35,482 nucleotides of DNA from Sphaeroforma arctica JP610 (lineage: Eukaryota), in contig NW_014039735.1 of the NCBI RefSeq assembly GCF_001186125.1, positions 1-35,482 on the forward strand, written 5' to 3'. The notes below the pieces were generated by a model. It worked only from the letters and a program-made list of their open reading frames with translations, was not told where the DNA came from and made no database searches. Below, piece after piece: positions 1 to 11,830 of the stretch; position 1 is the first letter of the stretch, and every line of letters begins with the position of its first letter. The translations under genes and the position numbers were made by a program.

Positions 1-45
1 ATTTTAGTTTAATATAGTTTGAAACCTAGTAATTTCCATCGAAGT

Positions 46-1002
46 TTACACTACCACCATAGCTTCAATGTCAGCTTGTGGTAGCCCAATTTCCTTACCC
101 AACACCCTCAACGGTCCTTCATCGAACAACTGAAAGTCCTTATTTAACTCACCTAGGTCTGTGCCTATGTCATCCACCGGTAAGTCCACTGGCGCTAACA
201 CATCTGGAATCCGGGGCAGAATGTGCTCCTCAACCAGGTCCAGTACATCCTCCTGGCGCATTCGTTCAATACGCTCCTTCATCACCTGAAAATGCGCTGT
301 CGCTGCTGCCACATATTGCTTCTGCATTACACTAGACAACGCAGCCGTTACATGTACAATATTCATCTGACGCCGCGTCCTCGCCTGCGTGTCATTCCGC
401 TCTGCCTTAGCTTTCCATGGACGACATTTTCGAGCCAAAGCCCATACCCTCCATCCTTGATTTGGTGTCAGCACAGTTTCCGGCTTGACCAACACCTGCT
501 TCCTTGGTAACAGTGCTCTCGCTACCAATTCAGGCTTCATTGCATCATGCAACAAAAAGTCCATCCTATCTCCATTCTGCATTAGCACCAATCGCTTATT
601 GTTATCCAACATCAAGTTTAGGCCATCCTTAACCACGGTATCGTGACTAATCAACACATCCGTCCTCATCGGCAGCGAACCCACTACAAGCATCCTCATC
701 ACAGGTTGCAAGAATCGATCGTGTCAACTCTTCATCTGTACTGGTGCCTTAACCACCCCTAAGGGTGCAACCGTTCCCATTTCAGCAACACCTTCAAACG
801 GCAGATCCATGTATCTAGCCACATCCAGACCAGCTCTACTTGCCAACTCTTTTGTAATTAGATTGGGCGTAGCACCCGAATCTGCGTACACGGTTATAGG
901 AATCCCTCCTATCTCTCCTGTAATAACACTACCTCTGTCAGCCGTGGCTTTGTCTAACACTGCTGCCCCTACAGCACCTACCTCTGAAAAAGAACCCATT
1001 AG
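46..1002 (-). pseudogene. Retropepsin (protease) and following pol-proximal region, interrupted by TGA at 724-726
   Basis: ORFs 724..999 and 46..711 are in the same frame as gag 1003..1554. The DSGA active site and the C-terminal DVL-x-x-x-D motif lie on opposite sides of the internal stop. Confidence 0.8.
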
Positions 1003-2132
1003 TCAGTTCTTAGTCTCTGTGGCTGCAGGTTTGTCACAGTTAGCCCTGATATGCCCTTTTGTGTTGCAGTTAAAACACACACGTCGTTCTTCATAGTTGT
1101 CCAGCCTACCACCTGTTCGACGCCTACGTGGATTGATCCTTTTGGACAGCTTGTCGAATTTATCGTCTATCTTCTGAAACCTATCACCCAGTCTGGTAAT
1201 AGTGGCTACTAAATCAACATCCTCAAAGCCTCGCTTGGTGCCAGTAGATGCTCCATCTCCCTGTACCCCATCTCTATCTTGACCACCTTCATTCTGGTAT
1301 GTCGACCTATTGGCCTTCACCCTCCGAGGTGGTACTCCTCTTGCTGCATGCCTACGCGATGCAGACACCTTCTCTTGCACGTCAAAGTGCCCTACCACAA
1401 AGGTTAGGCCTCCCTGACGATACTGCATTCTTAGCGCCGCTACAGTCTCTGGCGCCACTTCCAAAAAAAGGGTGTCCAAAAACCTAGGCATCGCCTCATG
1501 CAGTTGATCCAAAGAAATTCTCACAAATTTCATAAACTCTGGAAATTCATGCAATAGCCTATGGCGTACCGGCCCAGTGTACCGAACTTCGACACCTGAC
1601 TCATGTAATCCGCCAGAATACCTGAGTTGTTGTGCCGACTTGTCATTTTCGCCAGGCCCACTCTGATGTTATCATATCTTCCAATAATATTCAAGTAGCT
1701 GTGGCTTCCACGGGCAGATTCCCTCTGAGCCAAAACAAAATCTTTCATGGCATCAAATAGCTGTTGCCCAAGCTCTCTCCTCGGGTCACCTGCTGCTCCT
1801 GCCGCAGCTGCTGCCGTGGTATTTCTTGTAGTTGCTGCGCTGCCTGTCCTGTCGCCCATCACCAGCGAGTAAGGATCCAACGGATCAGTATCACGATCCT
1901 CCCCTGCAGAAGCACGACTCCCAATCAGCTCAAACAGGTGCCAACCAACAATGCTCATGAAGGCATAGTCCGAAAACTCACGAACCACCTTAAACGGCTC
2001 CTCTTCATTGTCCTCCAACACAATGCTCCCAGCCCTCTCCCTGAGCTGCGTTGCTGGTGACTGGTGACAAGGCTCCAAGATTGCTGCCTCTCGCGACAGT
2101 ACGTACCACTCAATCATCTCAACCTGCATCAA
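1003..2132 (-). pseudogene. gag: Gag-like region split by a frameshift (ORFs 1530..2132 and 1003..1554), C-terminal zinc knuckle
   Basis: Two overlapping ORFs in different frames. The downstream one has a coiled-coil-like segment (ITRLGDRFQKIDDKFDKLSKRI), a basic RRRR patch and the CCHC knuckle just before TGA at 1003-1005. Confidence 0.75.
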
Positions 2133-2473
2133 TTCCGGGNNNNNNNNNNNNNNNNNNNNNNNNNNNNNNNNNNNNNNNNNNNNNNNNNNNNNNNNNNNNN
2201 NNNNNNNNNNNNNNNNTATGTATATACATATTTACTTTCATAGCGAATTCGACTAGATTTTTTAGTTTAATCTCTTCCATAGAGGGTAGAAGATATTCAG
2301 GACCTGAATCTTGATCCCTCTTGCAATAGACTGAGCATGTCTGCTTACCGTTGCATGCTCCATCTTTGACCCATTTAAAATATTTCACAATCATGCACCA
2401 ACGCTTAAACGCTGCTCCTTATCCTATACACTTTAGCTAAGTTATCTATAGGAACTTGTCCCGACGCCGACCT

Positions 2474-5400
2474 CTACACCTGGCCCAATTCCACAGCCTG
2501 TGCCAAGACCATCTCTGCTTTTCGCTCCTTTACCCGTTTTACCAGTGCTTGCTGTGCCGTCAACAGTTTAGAGAAAGTAACGAAAGCCTCATTCATCAGC
2601 GATTTTAACTGGCCAGACACAGCAGTGGCAATCGCCTTTCTCAAAGCGGGGTTAAACCACCTGAAACAGATCACGAAATCAAGCAGTCAACCAGCTAGGC
2701 GTGTTCATACAGCGTTGGAAAATGTATCAACCCATTTTTGCCCAAAATACTACAAAATAGCAGTAAAATCTCCATGCAGAATTATTCCTTGTATACCCCT
2801 CGAGCAGGGTGTAATGGAAAACCGGCGAGTGCAAGTGAAGCCTGACCTCTACTTGGTACAGCGTTGGAAAAAGTATCAAAACAATCTTGTCCAACATACT
2901 ACAAGATAGCTAAGCGTAGTCATTAATATCAGAAATGTAATAGAAAAACGGTGAGCGCAAGTATAAGCCTGACCTCTACTAGTACAAATGTATATGACCC
3001 TTTTTGTCTGGCTGGTTATTTTTCAACCAAATCTGTGAATCTTCATAGGCTATTGTGCTTCGATCTCTGCAACGAAGTGTTAGACACAGGTTACGACAAA
3101 GCTCGTTCAAATAATTTTCGACAAGTCTGCAAGACAAGCATCGAATCCCACTACATGGCTGACAGCAATATCAAAACATTCAACATACCTACTTGCAGTG
3201 TTAAGTAACCACTCGTTCTTTGCATTCTTGTGAAAGTTCATATTGAAGCTCTGCAAATTACACTGTACTTCACCCGCTGCAAATTGCGCAGCCTGATCTT
3301 CGTCTCCTATGTAGCGGATGGTTTGGAACAGGTGGCTATTAGTATTAAGAGTATGGTTCACCAAGCTTGAGAAGAGTCTGCACACGGTTCTATGTCAAGG
3401 TTAAGAAATAACGATAACCACCATGCTTGGTGACAAACAGAGAAACATCGCAACAACAGCTTCACCTGAGCAAGAGACTCAATGCGCCGAGGGTTATACA
3501 CCATGGAAGAAGATCATAACCGTGTCGATCATAGAACTGAGCACATTGATAGTAAGTCAATAATAGCAAATGTCAGCACATACACACTAAACACGTGCCT
3601 GGTGGTTGTTCGACCAGTATTCCAATTGTCATGTCGAACCCCGGTTGTTTGATTTCAACGTCTAAATCGCCCTGGCTATTGAACGATGGCCATGATTTCT
3701 TATCGATATTGAAAGCCATCACGTCTGATCTGTGTATAGTACAAAGGAACCAATTAATCGGAACGGTCAGTCACAAGCACACTTTTACAAATTTCTCTGA
3801 CCGTGTTTTCCTCTTCATTGTATTGTAACCCGGATTATCCTACCAAGACAGCGAGGGAAAGAAACTGGTGATAACAGTTGTCTTAGATGTGAGCACACAC
3901 GAGCGGAATTTGCTATAGTAACTCCGCACTACACACCCGTAATCACACACGTATATAAACATATCCAGTACTGGTAACCCGGATAGTTATGTATGCATAC
4001 AGAGCATCAAACATATGCATGTTGCTCACTAGTTGTGTAAACATGCTTAGACACTGTTGCATGCATTTCTTCACATATGAAAATGACATACCTAGCTGCG
4101 ATGTTGTTGGCTGATATCGTTGTCACCATATAAGTACCTGTCAGGGAGCAATTGAAGCTACATCTCAGTAGATTGGTGAAAGCAAATGCGTGCCAAATTG
4201 TAAAGCTTTTCGGTCTTGTGTCTACTTTCAACTACCTTTCCTAATTTAAATTCGCAAACAGTATACCTACCTCCGTTTTGTATTTCGTTATTGTCGTCGA
4301 CATGCAACTCTATTTCTGATTCGATTGCTATTTTGATGATCTGTGTTCGTAGTCGGGATAGACATACGATGTAAAGTAGAGAATGGGTAAGGAATACGAT
4401 TGGTGACGGGCCAACTTGTGCGGATCTTGATCTCACACAAAAGCGAGAGTATTGACAATGATGTTGGCAAAAATTAATGACTGTATCTACACATACAAGA
4501 AAAAGTCAAGTTGAATGAGCATAAGATTTACCACACAGCCTGGTAAAGTAATGTTCGAACTTGATTATGAGCACATCACTAGTGACGCATTTGTGCGCTA
4601 GGCATATCATCTGTATGTGCGCCCCCGAAACACACTGCGAATGGCGATAGGCTCAATACGTCGCACATCGCTAAGATACACAAAGAACGTGACACTTCTT
4701 TCATCGATAAGTAACGGGCTGTATAGTTCCTATATAATTGATATTCGCGGCATAACCACGGTTATGGATATCCTTCTGCGAGGTCGATATACAAATGCAT
4801 ACAGTATTGATGCATGTGTCGTCCTGCTTCAAGCACTTCGACCTGCATACCTTTGGCATGGATGTGACGTGGATCACAATATCAGACACTTCATATAGAT
4901 CCTTGCCACTCTTCTCTGAAACATCTGAAACGGGTGAAGGATGAAGGCACGACGCTCAGTTAAAACTAAAACCAAGACTACATATGCAAAAGCCCTCCGC
5001 GGGTAGGATGAACAGCTGGGTGCCATGAAGAAAACCTCAGTTCTTTTTTATCAACAGGGACATTAGAACAGATATGTCTCGTATCACATTTAACAAGGAT
5101 GGATTTATGGAAGAAAGAAAAACGAAAGCGGTTGTAATGACAGATTCACTATCCAGTCTACGTTGCGCCACAGGTACCAATTTAAAAGGTCTAGCATCAC
5201 ATATACACAACTCTATCGCTGACACCACAGTCACCGGGTAGCAATGGCTATTCAAAGTGTAACAATACGTTCTCCAGCGATCCATCTACACCTTTCAAAT
5301 TATATAAAGCCAACTTCCCGTGCCTATCGCTGCATTCGCCTTCACACTACTGGTACTATTAGAACAGAACAAACAATAGGTAAAAAAGCAACACACGCTG

Positions 5401-8107
5401 TCGGAGTCAATAAGCTGTGTTCTCCTGATACTTATATTATATACCTGGTACCTCGATGCGATTCAGTCGTTCGGATAATACAGGCCATAAAACTTGTTTA
5501 ATCAATTTTTGGGAAAAATTCATGGGATCCCTACAGATTTCATACAACCGCAAGAAAAAGCTGAGTTAGGAGCGTGTCTGTGTGTCCGGCGATTGTTCAT
5601 TTAGTGGTTATGATTTCAAGCACATTCTCGAACCGCCACATGCGCTGCGAAGAATGTATCACAAAACCCATATATGTGTACGACGCGATAACCAAATCCA
5701 TCAGGATGCTGTGGAAAATCATATATTAGAATCACTGAAATGTCACAACGACGTACTTGATGGCGATGTTGATGAGGTCTTCACCCGACGCCTCGAAATT
5801 GTATTCTAATTGGTTGAGAATCGCTGATAGCATGCCCTCTTCCTGTTTAATACCAATAAGGTGAATACGTAAGCGGGTTGAAGATAATATGCGCTCAGAG
5901 TATGACAAGTTAATCTCGTATGAGTACGACGATCAGGCACACGATGGCGCGCTTCTGTTGCGCGAATAAAATGCAAGGTGGACTATGCTGGATGCATTCA
6001 GCTATACCGATGGACCTCTACTTGGAAGTACTGTACGTATATACTCCAACATACTTCGCTCATCGGTGTTAGCACATTTGACAGCTTTGCGGCGGCCGAC
6101 TGTGATCCCCTGTGTTCTTCGAAGGCACAAACCACTGTATCGATGGCAAAAGTAACCTTCTCTTTCTCTGCAGTGATATGAATAGTGGATAATACCAATG
6201 AGTCTCAAGATATGACAAATACAAGTCAAAACGAGATTTTGCTTCTAGCTTGTTACGCGACTACAGTTCGCGCGCCAAAAGGAAAGAGCCACAGCAAACG
6301 CCAATTCTCACTCGAATGATATATAGAAAAATTATTATCATTTATTACGGAAATACATACAAACTAAAGAAAAAACTACTATCGCACAAGTAGATCTTCA
6401 ACAAGGCAAAATTTTATCTACAGCGCACAATCCAGAACTTATGCGACAGGCATATGCGCACTACACACCACACAGAACATGCACGAGCTCTTGATGATGA
6501 AAAGAGTACGGGGCCGCCATAGAATATTTCTGATTCTAAAATATCCCAAATTCCCTTGAGGGCTAGTATACATTCAGAAGTAGATTATTTAGCACACGCA
6601 CGCAGAGACCAGATGAAACGGGCGTCAACACAGTGTCAACGACTGCTAAAACACAAAAAATCCAGATGGTACTTACGAGGGTTCTCCAGCGAATTTGCAA
6701 ACCCTTCCAGAGCGTGGTGAACCTAGCGATTGTCAAAATATCAAGCAAATTGAGTGAATGTGAGGATGCAGAGATATTTCAATCTAGCTCTGCAACATTG
6801 CGAAGAATTTGTGAATGCAAGTCAACAATGCAGTAGAAGACATTTCCATGGCGAACTAGTGTGCTTGTGCATTGTCTCCAGTCATAGGGGCATTTGAGGA
6901 TCTGATTGGGCGAATCCCAGTTTGCCCGCAGAACTTTCTCCAGCGGCTCAGTCACGTAGGTAGATACTTGCAGTCGTGTTTGTTGTTTGCAACGCTGTTG
7001 TGCGGTCACAAGCATAATAAAAGTCCATCACTCATTCAAACATGAAACGCATCCCCTGTGGTACAAACGCATGGCCTGTCGGACATCAAGAATTGCCAAC
7101 CTACCCCACGCTACATAAAGGATATCTTAAGTTCCACAAGGCCACCAATAACTCACCATCTCGTCTTGCAAAGCGTCGACAATGGCCTGGGCTCCCTCTA
7201 CTTGACCTAGACCTCCGATGGACAGAATGCACTCAAAGAAATCTTTAGCCTCTTCAGTGCCTCTGGCGCACTGAACAATTCCGCAAAAACAAAAACAAAA
7301 CAAATAAGTGCTGCACGTGAGAATAACTGAATGTAGCATGGTGGACGAGATTTTGCGCGTATTAGGTTGTCTTTCGAATACATCTACATTTGGCCCAATC
7401 TTCCGATGCACATAATCACTCGGAAAAGTGTTTAGCATATTCTGAGCTCTGGCGCAATGAAATGCACCGCGAACGCAACCAAAAGATATGCGTACTACAC
7501 GGGAGAGCATGTTACTGTAAAATAATATAGTTGTCTATGCATATTTTGTTAGGTTTTGTGAATATGATGTATGATGTACGTAAAGAGAAAATTCAAATCC
7601 TGCAGGTAAAATGTGACCAAATTTACATTATATATTTTTATCATTATATCTCAGGTCTCCGTGAAGAGTGCCAACTTGCCAGAAAGTATTATGCACTGGC
7701 GCTTAGAACGCCAAAAGGAGAAGCGCAGATGAGATTTGAATCCAAACGGACGTATACTCTCAGAAAAAAATACAAATATACCACAAAGTTCTATTTTATG
7801 AAGGATATAGAATAACAGATTTATTTACCTGAAGAAATTCAACAACGTTCAGCAACGACTTTCTAGCTCCTTGAGTTTCCTCCCCATCCATAAGAACAAG
7901 AATTTCAATCCAGGCATCTCGTTTCTCTATCGCTCCTTCCTTGAGTTAAAAGCATGGTGCACAATGTAAAGTGAATCTAAAGTCATGGAAACGAAACGTC
8001 GACAGTACTAGATAATGTGAATTTCTAGTGATACACCTCCAGAACACAGCAGCTTCTAGACGAAAACTGAAAATGAAACGGATATATAGTTACATACATA
8101 CATACGT

Positions 8108-8138
<31 letters not shown>

Positions 8139-8470
8139 CATATGTACATACTTCCATACATACATACATACATACATACATACCTATATATATATATACA
8201 TTCATATACCCATAGATCGATAGATAGATAAAAAAATGCAAGCATAAATACATACATACATACATATAAAATTAAATACGTGAATACATGTATGCATGCA
8301 TGCATACATACATACCAACATACAAACCTACATACATGCATACGCAAATATATCCATACATCCATGCATACACAAATATATGCATACAAATATACATATA
8401 CATATATATATATATATATATTTATGCATATATATAGACATACATACATACATACATATATATATATATA

Positions 8471-8503
<33 letters not shown>

Positions 8504-9222
8504 TAAATATACTACACNCATACACAAACACATATATATATATAATAAATAATAAAATACTACATACATACAATATATATATATATATATATACTATACT
8601 ACTACAGAGAGATANNNNNNNNNNNNNNNNNNNNAAGCATATATATATATTAGTATTTAAATGCTTCTCATATATATATATAATTGTGTATGGTATAAAT
8701 ATTTCGATGCATATCTTTCATCGAACTTGTCCTAAGGCATCTCTCTGTATATATCCATGCATATGTAACTCTGTTCAAAACTGGATATTCTGATAACTCT
8801 TATCACCGAACACAGATACATAGTAAGGCAGATTAAAACAATTGATATGAAATATACACTAAACAGCCCTCAAGTTCAACAGAGCGTTCCTATATATGTG
8901 TTAGCAATTTTATCTGGGAACAAAAGCTGTTACATTTATCGACCTTTGGAGAGCTGTCTATAATCGTTTTATGTATCTCACAAACTGGCCGAAATACGAA
9001 TTAACTACACCAACCTGAGCACAGATTGCCTTCACATACCTCATTGCCCAGAGCTGAAAACAGATTTTGTAGGGCCAAACGTGTGCTCTCACTTGTCATG
9101 AGATCGTGCAGCAGATTAACGGCAGCGTTATCACCTTTGAATTCTTGTGTAACCTGGGTTACTGCGTCACTGACCACCCCGACCCTGGCCTTATCCTCCG
9201 CTGACATCGCCACTATTGACAT
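2474..9222 (-). CDS. Multi-exon uncharacterised protein: helical N-terminal half, C-terminal region resembling HAM1-like/DUF4449 (BPI/TULIP-like) domain
   Basis: Phase-consistent exons: 9222-9040, 7939-7829, 7270-7157, 6722-6677, 6167-6055, 5842-5757, [unresolved exon(s) between about 5710 and 5290], 4924-4851, 4340-4271, 4137-4092, 3729-3599 (GC donor), 3306-3189, 2660-2474. C-terminus reads ...TISANNIAARSDVMAFNIDKKSWPSFNSQGDLDVEIKQPGFDMTIGILVEQPPGDEDQAAQFAAGEVQCNLQSFNMNFHKNAKNEWLLNTASRWFNPALRKAIATAVSGQLKSLMNEAF. The gene structure is well supported. The family call rests on remembered motif resemblance only. Confidence 0.7.
2707..3005. repeat. Degenerate intronic tandem duplication (A-B-A-B, periods about 150 and 126 bp)
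   Basis: tacagcgttggaaaa.gtatcaa...atactacaa.atagc occurs at about 2708 and 2858. gtaat.gaaaa.cgg.gag.gcaagt..aagcctgacctctact occurs at about 2811 and 2937. Confidence 0.8.
8086..8680. repeat. (TA)n/(TACA)n/(CA)n low-complexity microsatellite tract in intron 1 of the minus-strand gene
   Basis: Directly visible. It generates spurious Y/I/H/T-rich ORFs. Confidence 0.97.
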
Positions 9223-9489
9223 GATGCTGAAAGTCTTGCTTTGCCCAAGTGCTGAATGTGCTTACTATAATAGATCAAGTATACAAGACTATCGCTCAAG
9301 TATTTATTTTGGTATACATATATACCATTTTTTGCTACTAGCACAGGCCACAGCGTACACTGCTGACTGCACACTATAGCGGCGGGAGTATGTTATTTGG
9401 AGTAAACAAAAAGCCATAATATTTGATGTTTTTGAATAAAAAATGTCCTTGGCAAAAATATGCTTCTGACCAAGACACCTAAGAACTCT

Positions 9490-10370
9490 TCTGACTATCA
9501 AAGTATCCGAGGCCCGAGCGCCCGACTGCCCGGGTCGCTAAATATTTCAGTATTTATACCGAGTAAAATACTAAAATATGTAAATAAATATTTCAGAGCT
9601 GTAGTGTATGTGAATATATATCTTATGTCATATGTAGCGAAAGAGCACGAGAAAGAATTCAAGCAAATCCATCATGACCCGTTGGAAAACAAGATGGGAA
9701 TATTAGGAAAGTATTTAACGAATACTCCATGGCCCTCTACTAGAATTGTTGCGGTCAAAAGGCAATTCGGGCGAATAGGCAATTATGTTAGGGAAATTGC
9801 CACCTGACTATAATGCTGTTTGACCCGACTTGTCCTGAGGGCCGTGAATAATATCCTTCATCCGGCGAGGTGACTTTGGCAGAATTACAATATATGAGCA
9901 TGTCAGCCCCGATTGTCAATTCATCCGAGTGCCCGGGTCACGGAACAACGAGAGATAAAATTGCTGCACACAGAGCAGGTAGCTGTATTGTTTGTGAATA
10001 GCGAAAGACACTTCAGCGAAAGAGTTTTACATACATGCGAACAAATTCGAGCAAAACCTTCATGACCGGTTGGAAGACAAGATAGAATAGCTATCTTTTC
10101 TCTCTCTGGCGATGAGACATTGGCAGAATTAAAATAAATGGGCTTGTTAGCCCCGACTATCAATTTATCCGAGTGCCTGGGTCGCGGAGGAAAGGGGATA
10201 AAAGGCTGTACACCGAGCGGATAGTTGTGTTGTATGTAGAAAATGAAAAACACTTCAGCAAAAGAGTTTCGCATCCATGTGAACAGATTCGAGCAAAATC
10301 ATCCCGAGTTCTTGACCCGTTGCGAGATATGAAAGTAACACTCTCCTCCCTCCGGCGACTCTATGATATC
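9490..10370. repeat. Degenerate tandem repeat, unit about 240-245 bp, two clear copies plus partial ones
   Basis: ttggcagaatta.aata.atg.gc.tgt.agccccga.t.tcaatt.atccgagtgcc.gggtc at about 9877 and 10121. gaaa.acacttcagc.aaagagttt..cat.catg.gaaca.attcgagcaaaa at about 10003 and 10245. Partial copies at about 9492 and 9655. Confidence 0.8.
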
Positions 10371-10557
10371 ACAATTTCCTCTCTCTAGAGGTTATAAAAT
10401 TCTGAATACGTCCACACAGGGAAACCTCACGGATGGCTGCAATGTAGAGCTCGTATTGTGATCACATATTGTTACTTATGCATAATAACAAGAACGGGAA
10501 GAAGCCATCCAGGAATACGCACGCGGCACACACCGGGGATACAAAGGTTTTTCCAAA

Positions 10558-10696
10558 TTATGAAAACATTAAATTTTAAATTTGTCGACTACACTTTTTG
10601 TATTCATTCACATTTCAGGTTGTTCCAAGTTATGAGAACATAAAATTTTAAATTTGTCGACTACACCCCTTTTTGTATTCAATCACATTTCATGGT
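10558..10696. repeat. Two-copy tandem duplication, about 72 bp
   Basis: ttatga.aacat.aaattttaaatttgtcgactacac...tttgtattca.tcacatttca occurs twice in succession. Confidence 0.9.
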
Positions 10697-10988
10697 CTAT
10701 TTGTGTTAAAACGAAACAACTGGGTGAAACCACGAACAGATCTACCCAAGATAAACTACAAAACAATCTGGTGCTTTTAACCAAGGCGTTACAATCACAA
10801 GAGCCGCAAGCAGATATCAAGAAATATTCACACGACACTCATGCGTGCTAAAAAAGCTTTTTTTTCCCATGGCTTAAGAATATATCTTGAAACCCGACCA
10901 CAGGTTATCATCATCATACAAGAAAGCTTAAAAGAGTCGGGGCCACTAGAAAATATACGAATAAGTTCGCACAGGATGAAAACGCGGA

Positions 10989-11810
10989 NNNNNNNNNNNN
11001 NNNNNNNNNNNNNNNNNNNNNNNNNNNNNNNNNNNNNNNNNNNNNNNNNNNNNNNNNNNNNNNNNNNNNNNNNNNNNNNNNNNNNNNNNNNNNNNNNNNN
11101 NNNNNNNNNNNNNNNNNNNNNNNNNNNNNNNNNNNNNNNNNNNNNNNNNNNNNNNNNNNNNNNNNNNNNNNNNNNNNNNNNNNNNNNNNNNNNNNNNNNN
11201 NNNNNNNNNNNNNNNNNNNNNNNNNNNNNNNNNNNNNNNNNNNNNNNNNNNNNNNNNNNNNNNNNNNNNNNNNNNNNNNNNNNNNNNNNNNNNNNNNNNN
11301 NNNNNNNNNNNNNNNNNNNNNNNNNNNNNNNNNNNNNNNNNNNNNNNNNNNNNNNNNNNNNNNNNNNNNNNNNNNNNNNNNNNNNNNNNNNNNNNNNNNN
11401 NNNNNNNNNNNNNNNNNNNNNNNNNNNNNNNNNNNNNNNNNNNNNNNNNNNNNNNNNNNNNNNNNNNNNNNNNNNNNNNNNNNNNNNNNNNNNNNNNNNN
11501 NNNNNNNNNNNNNNNNNNNNNNNNNNNNNNNNNNNNNNNNNNNNNNNNNNNNNNNNNNNNNNNNNNNNNNNNNNNNNNNNNNNNNNNNNNNNNNNNNNNN
11601 NNNNNNNNNNNNNNNNNNNNNNNNNNNNNNNNNNNNNNNNNNNNNNNNNNNNNNNNNNNNNNNNNNNNNNNNNNNNNNNNNNNNNNNNNNNNNNNNNNNN
11701 NNNNNNNNNNNNNNNNNNNNNNNNNNNNNNNNNNNNNNNNNNNNNNNNNNNNNNNNNNNNNNNNNNNNNNNNNNNNNNNNNNNNNNNNNNNNNNNNNNNN
11801 NNNNNNNNNN
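10989..11810. other. Assembly gap
   Basis: Run of N. Confidence 1.
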
Positions 11811-11823
11811 TTACACTTTGGTG

Positions 11824-11828
11824 AAAAA
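11824..11828 (-). terminator. RNA polymerase III oligo-T terminator of the tRNA
   Basis: TTTTT on the minus strand, 2 nt after the discriminator base. Confidence 0.75.
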
Positions 11829-11830
11829 TA

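Larger units (their letters stand above)
46..2132 (-). mobile_element. Degenerate Ty3/gypsy-like LTR retrotransposon fragment (gag + aspartic protease; no RT/RNase H/integrase or LTR visible in window)
   Basis: Gag CCHC zinc knuckle CFNCNTKGHIRANC (CX2CX4HX4C) is followed in frame by a retropepsin motif GEIGGIPITVYADSGATPNLITKELASRAGL...DVLISHD, a Ty3/gypsy-type context. The region is intronless and more GC-rich than its flanks. It carries a frameshift between about 1530 and 1668 and an in-frame TGA at 724-726. The frame closes at 46 and the 5' side runs into a gap at 2140. Confidence 0.85.

Noticed and set aside
724..1005. Genome-wide UGA reassignment or selenocysteine to explain the two in-frame TGAs
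   Set aside because: None of the assembled host exons contains an in-frame TGA, no SECIS was recognised, and the element has other signs of decay.
2119..2394. Minus-strand ORF MIVKYFKWVK... as a separate gene or part of the retroelement
   Set aside because: It lies in the likely 3' UTR of the upstream gene, spans a gap, and shows no recognisable motif.
8028..8793. Y/I/H/C/M-rich ORFs here and near 14336, 21391, 23879, 28602 and 32582
   Set aside because: They are translations of microsatellites.
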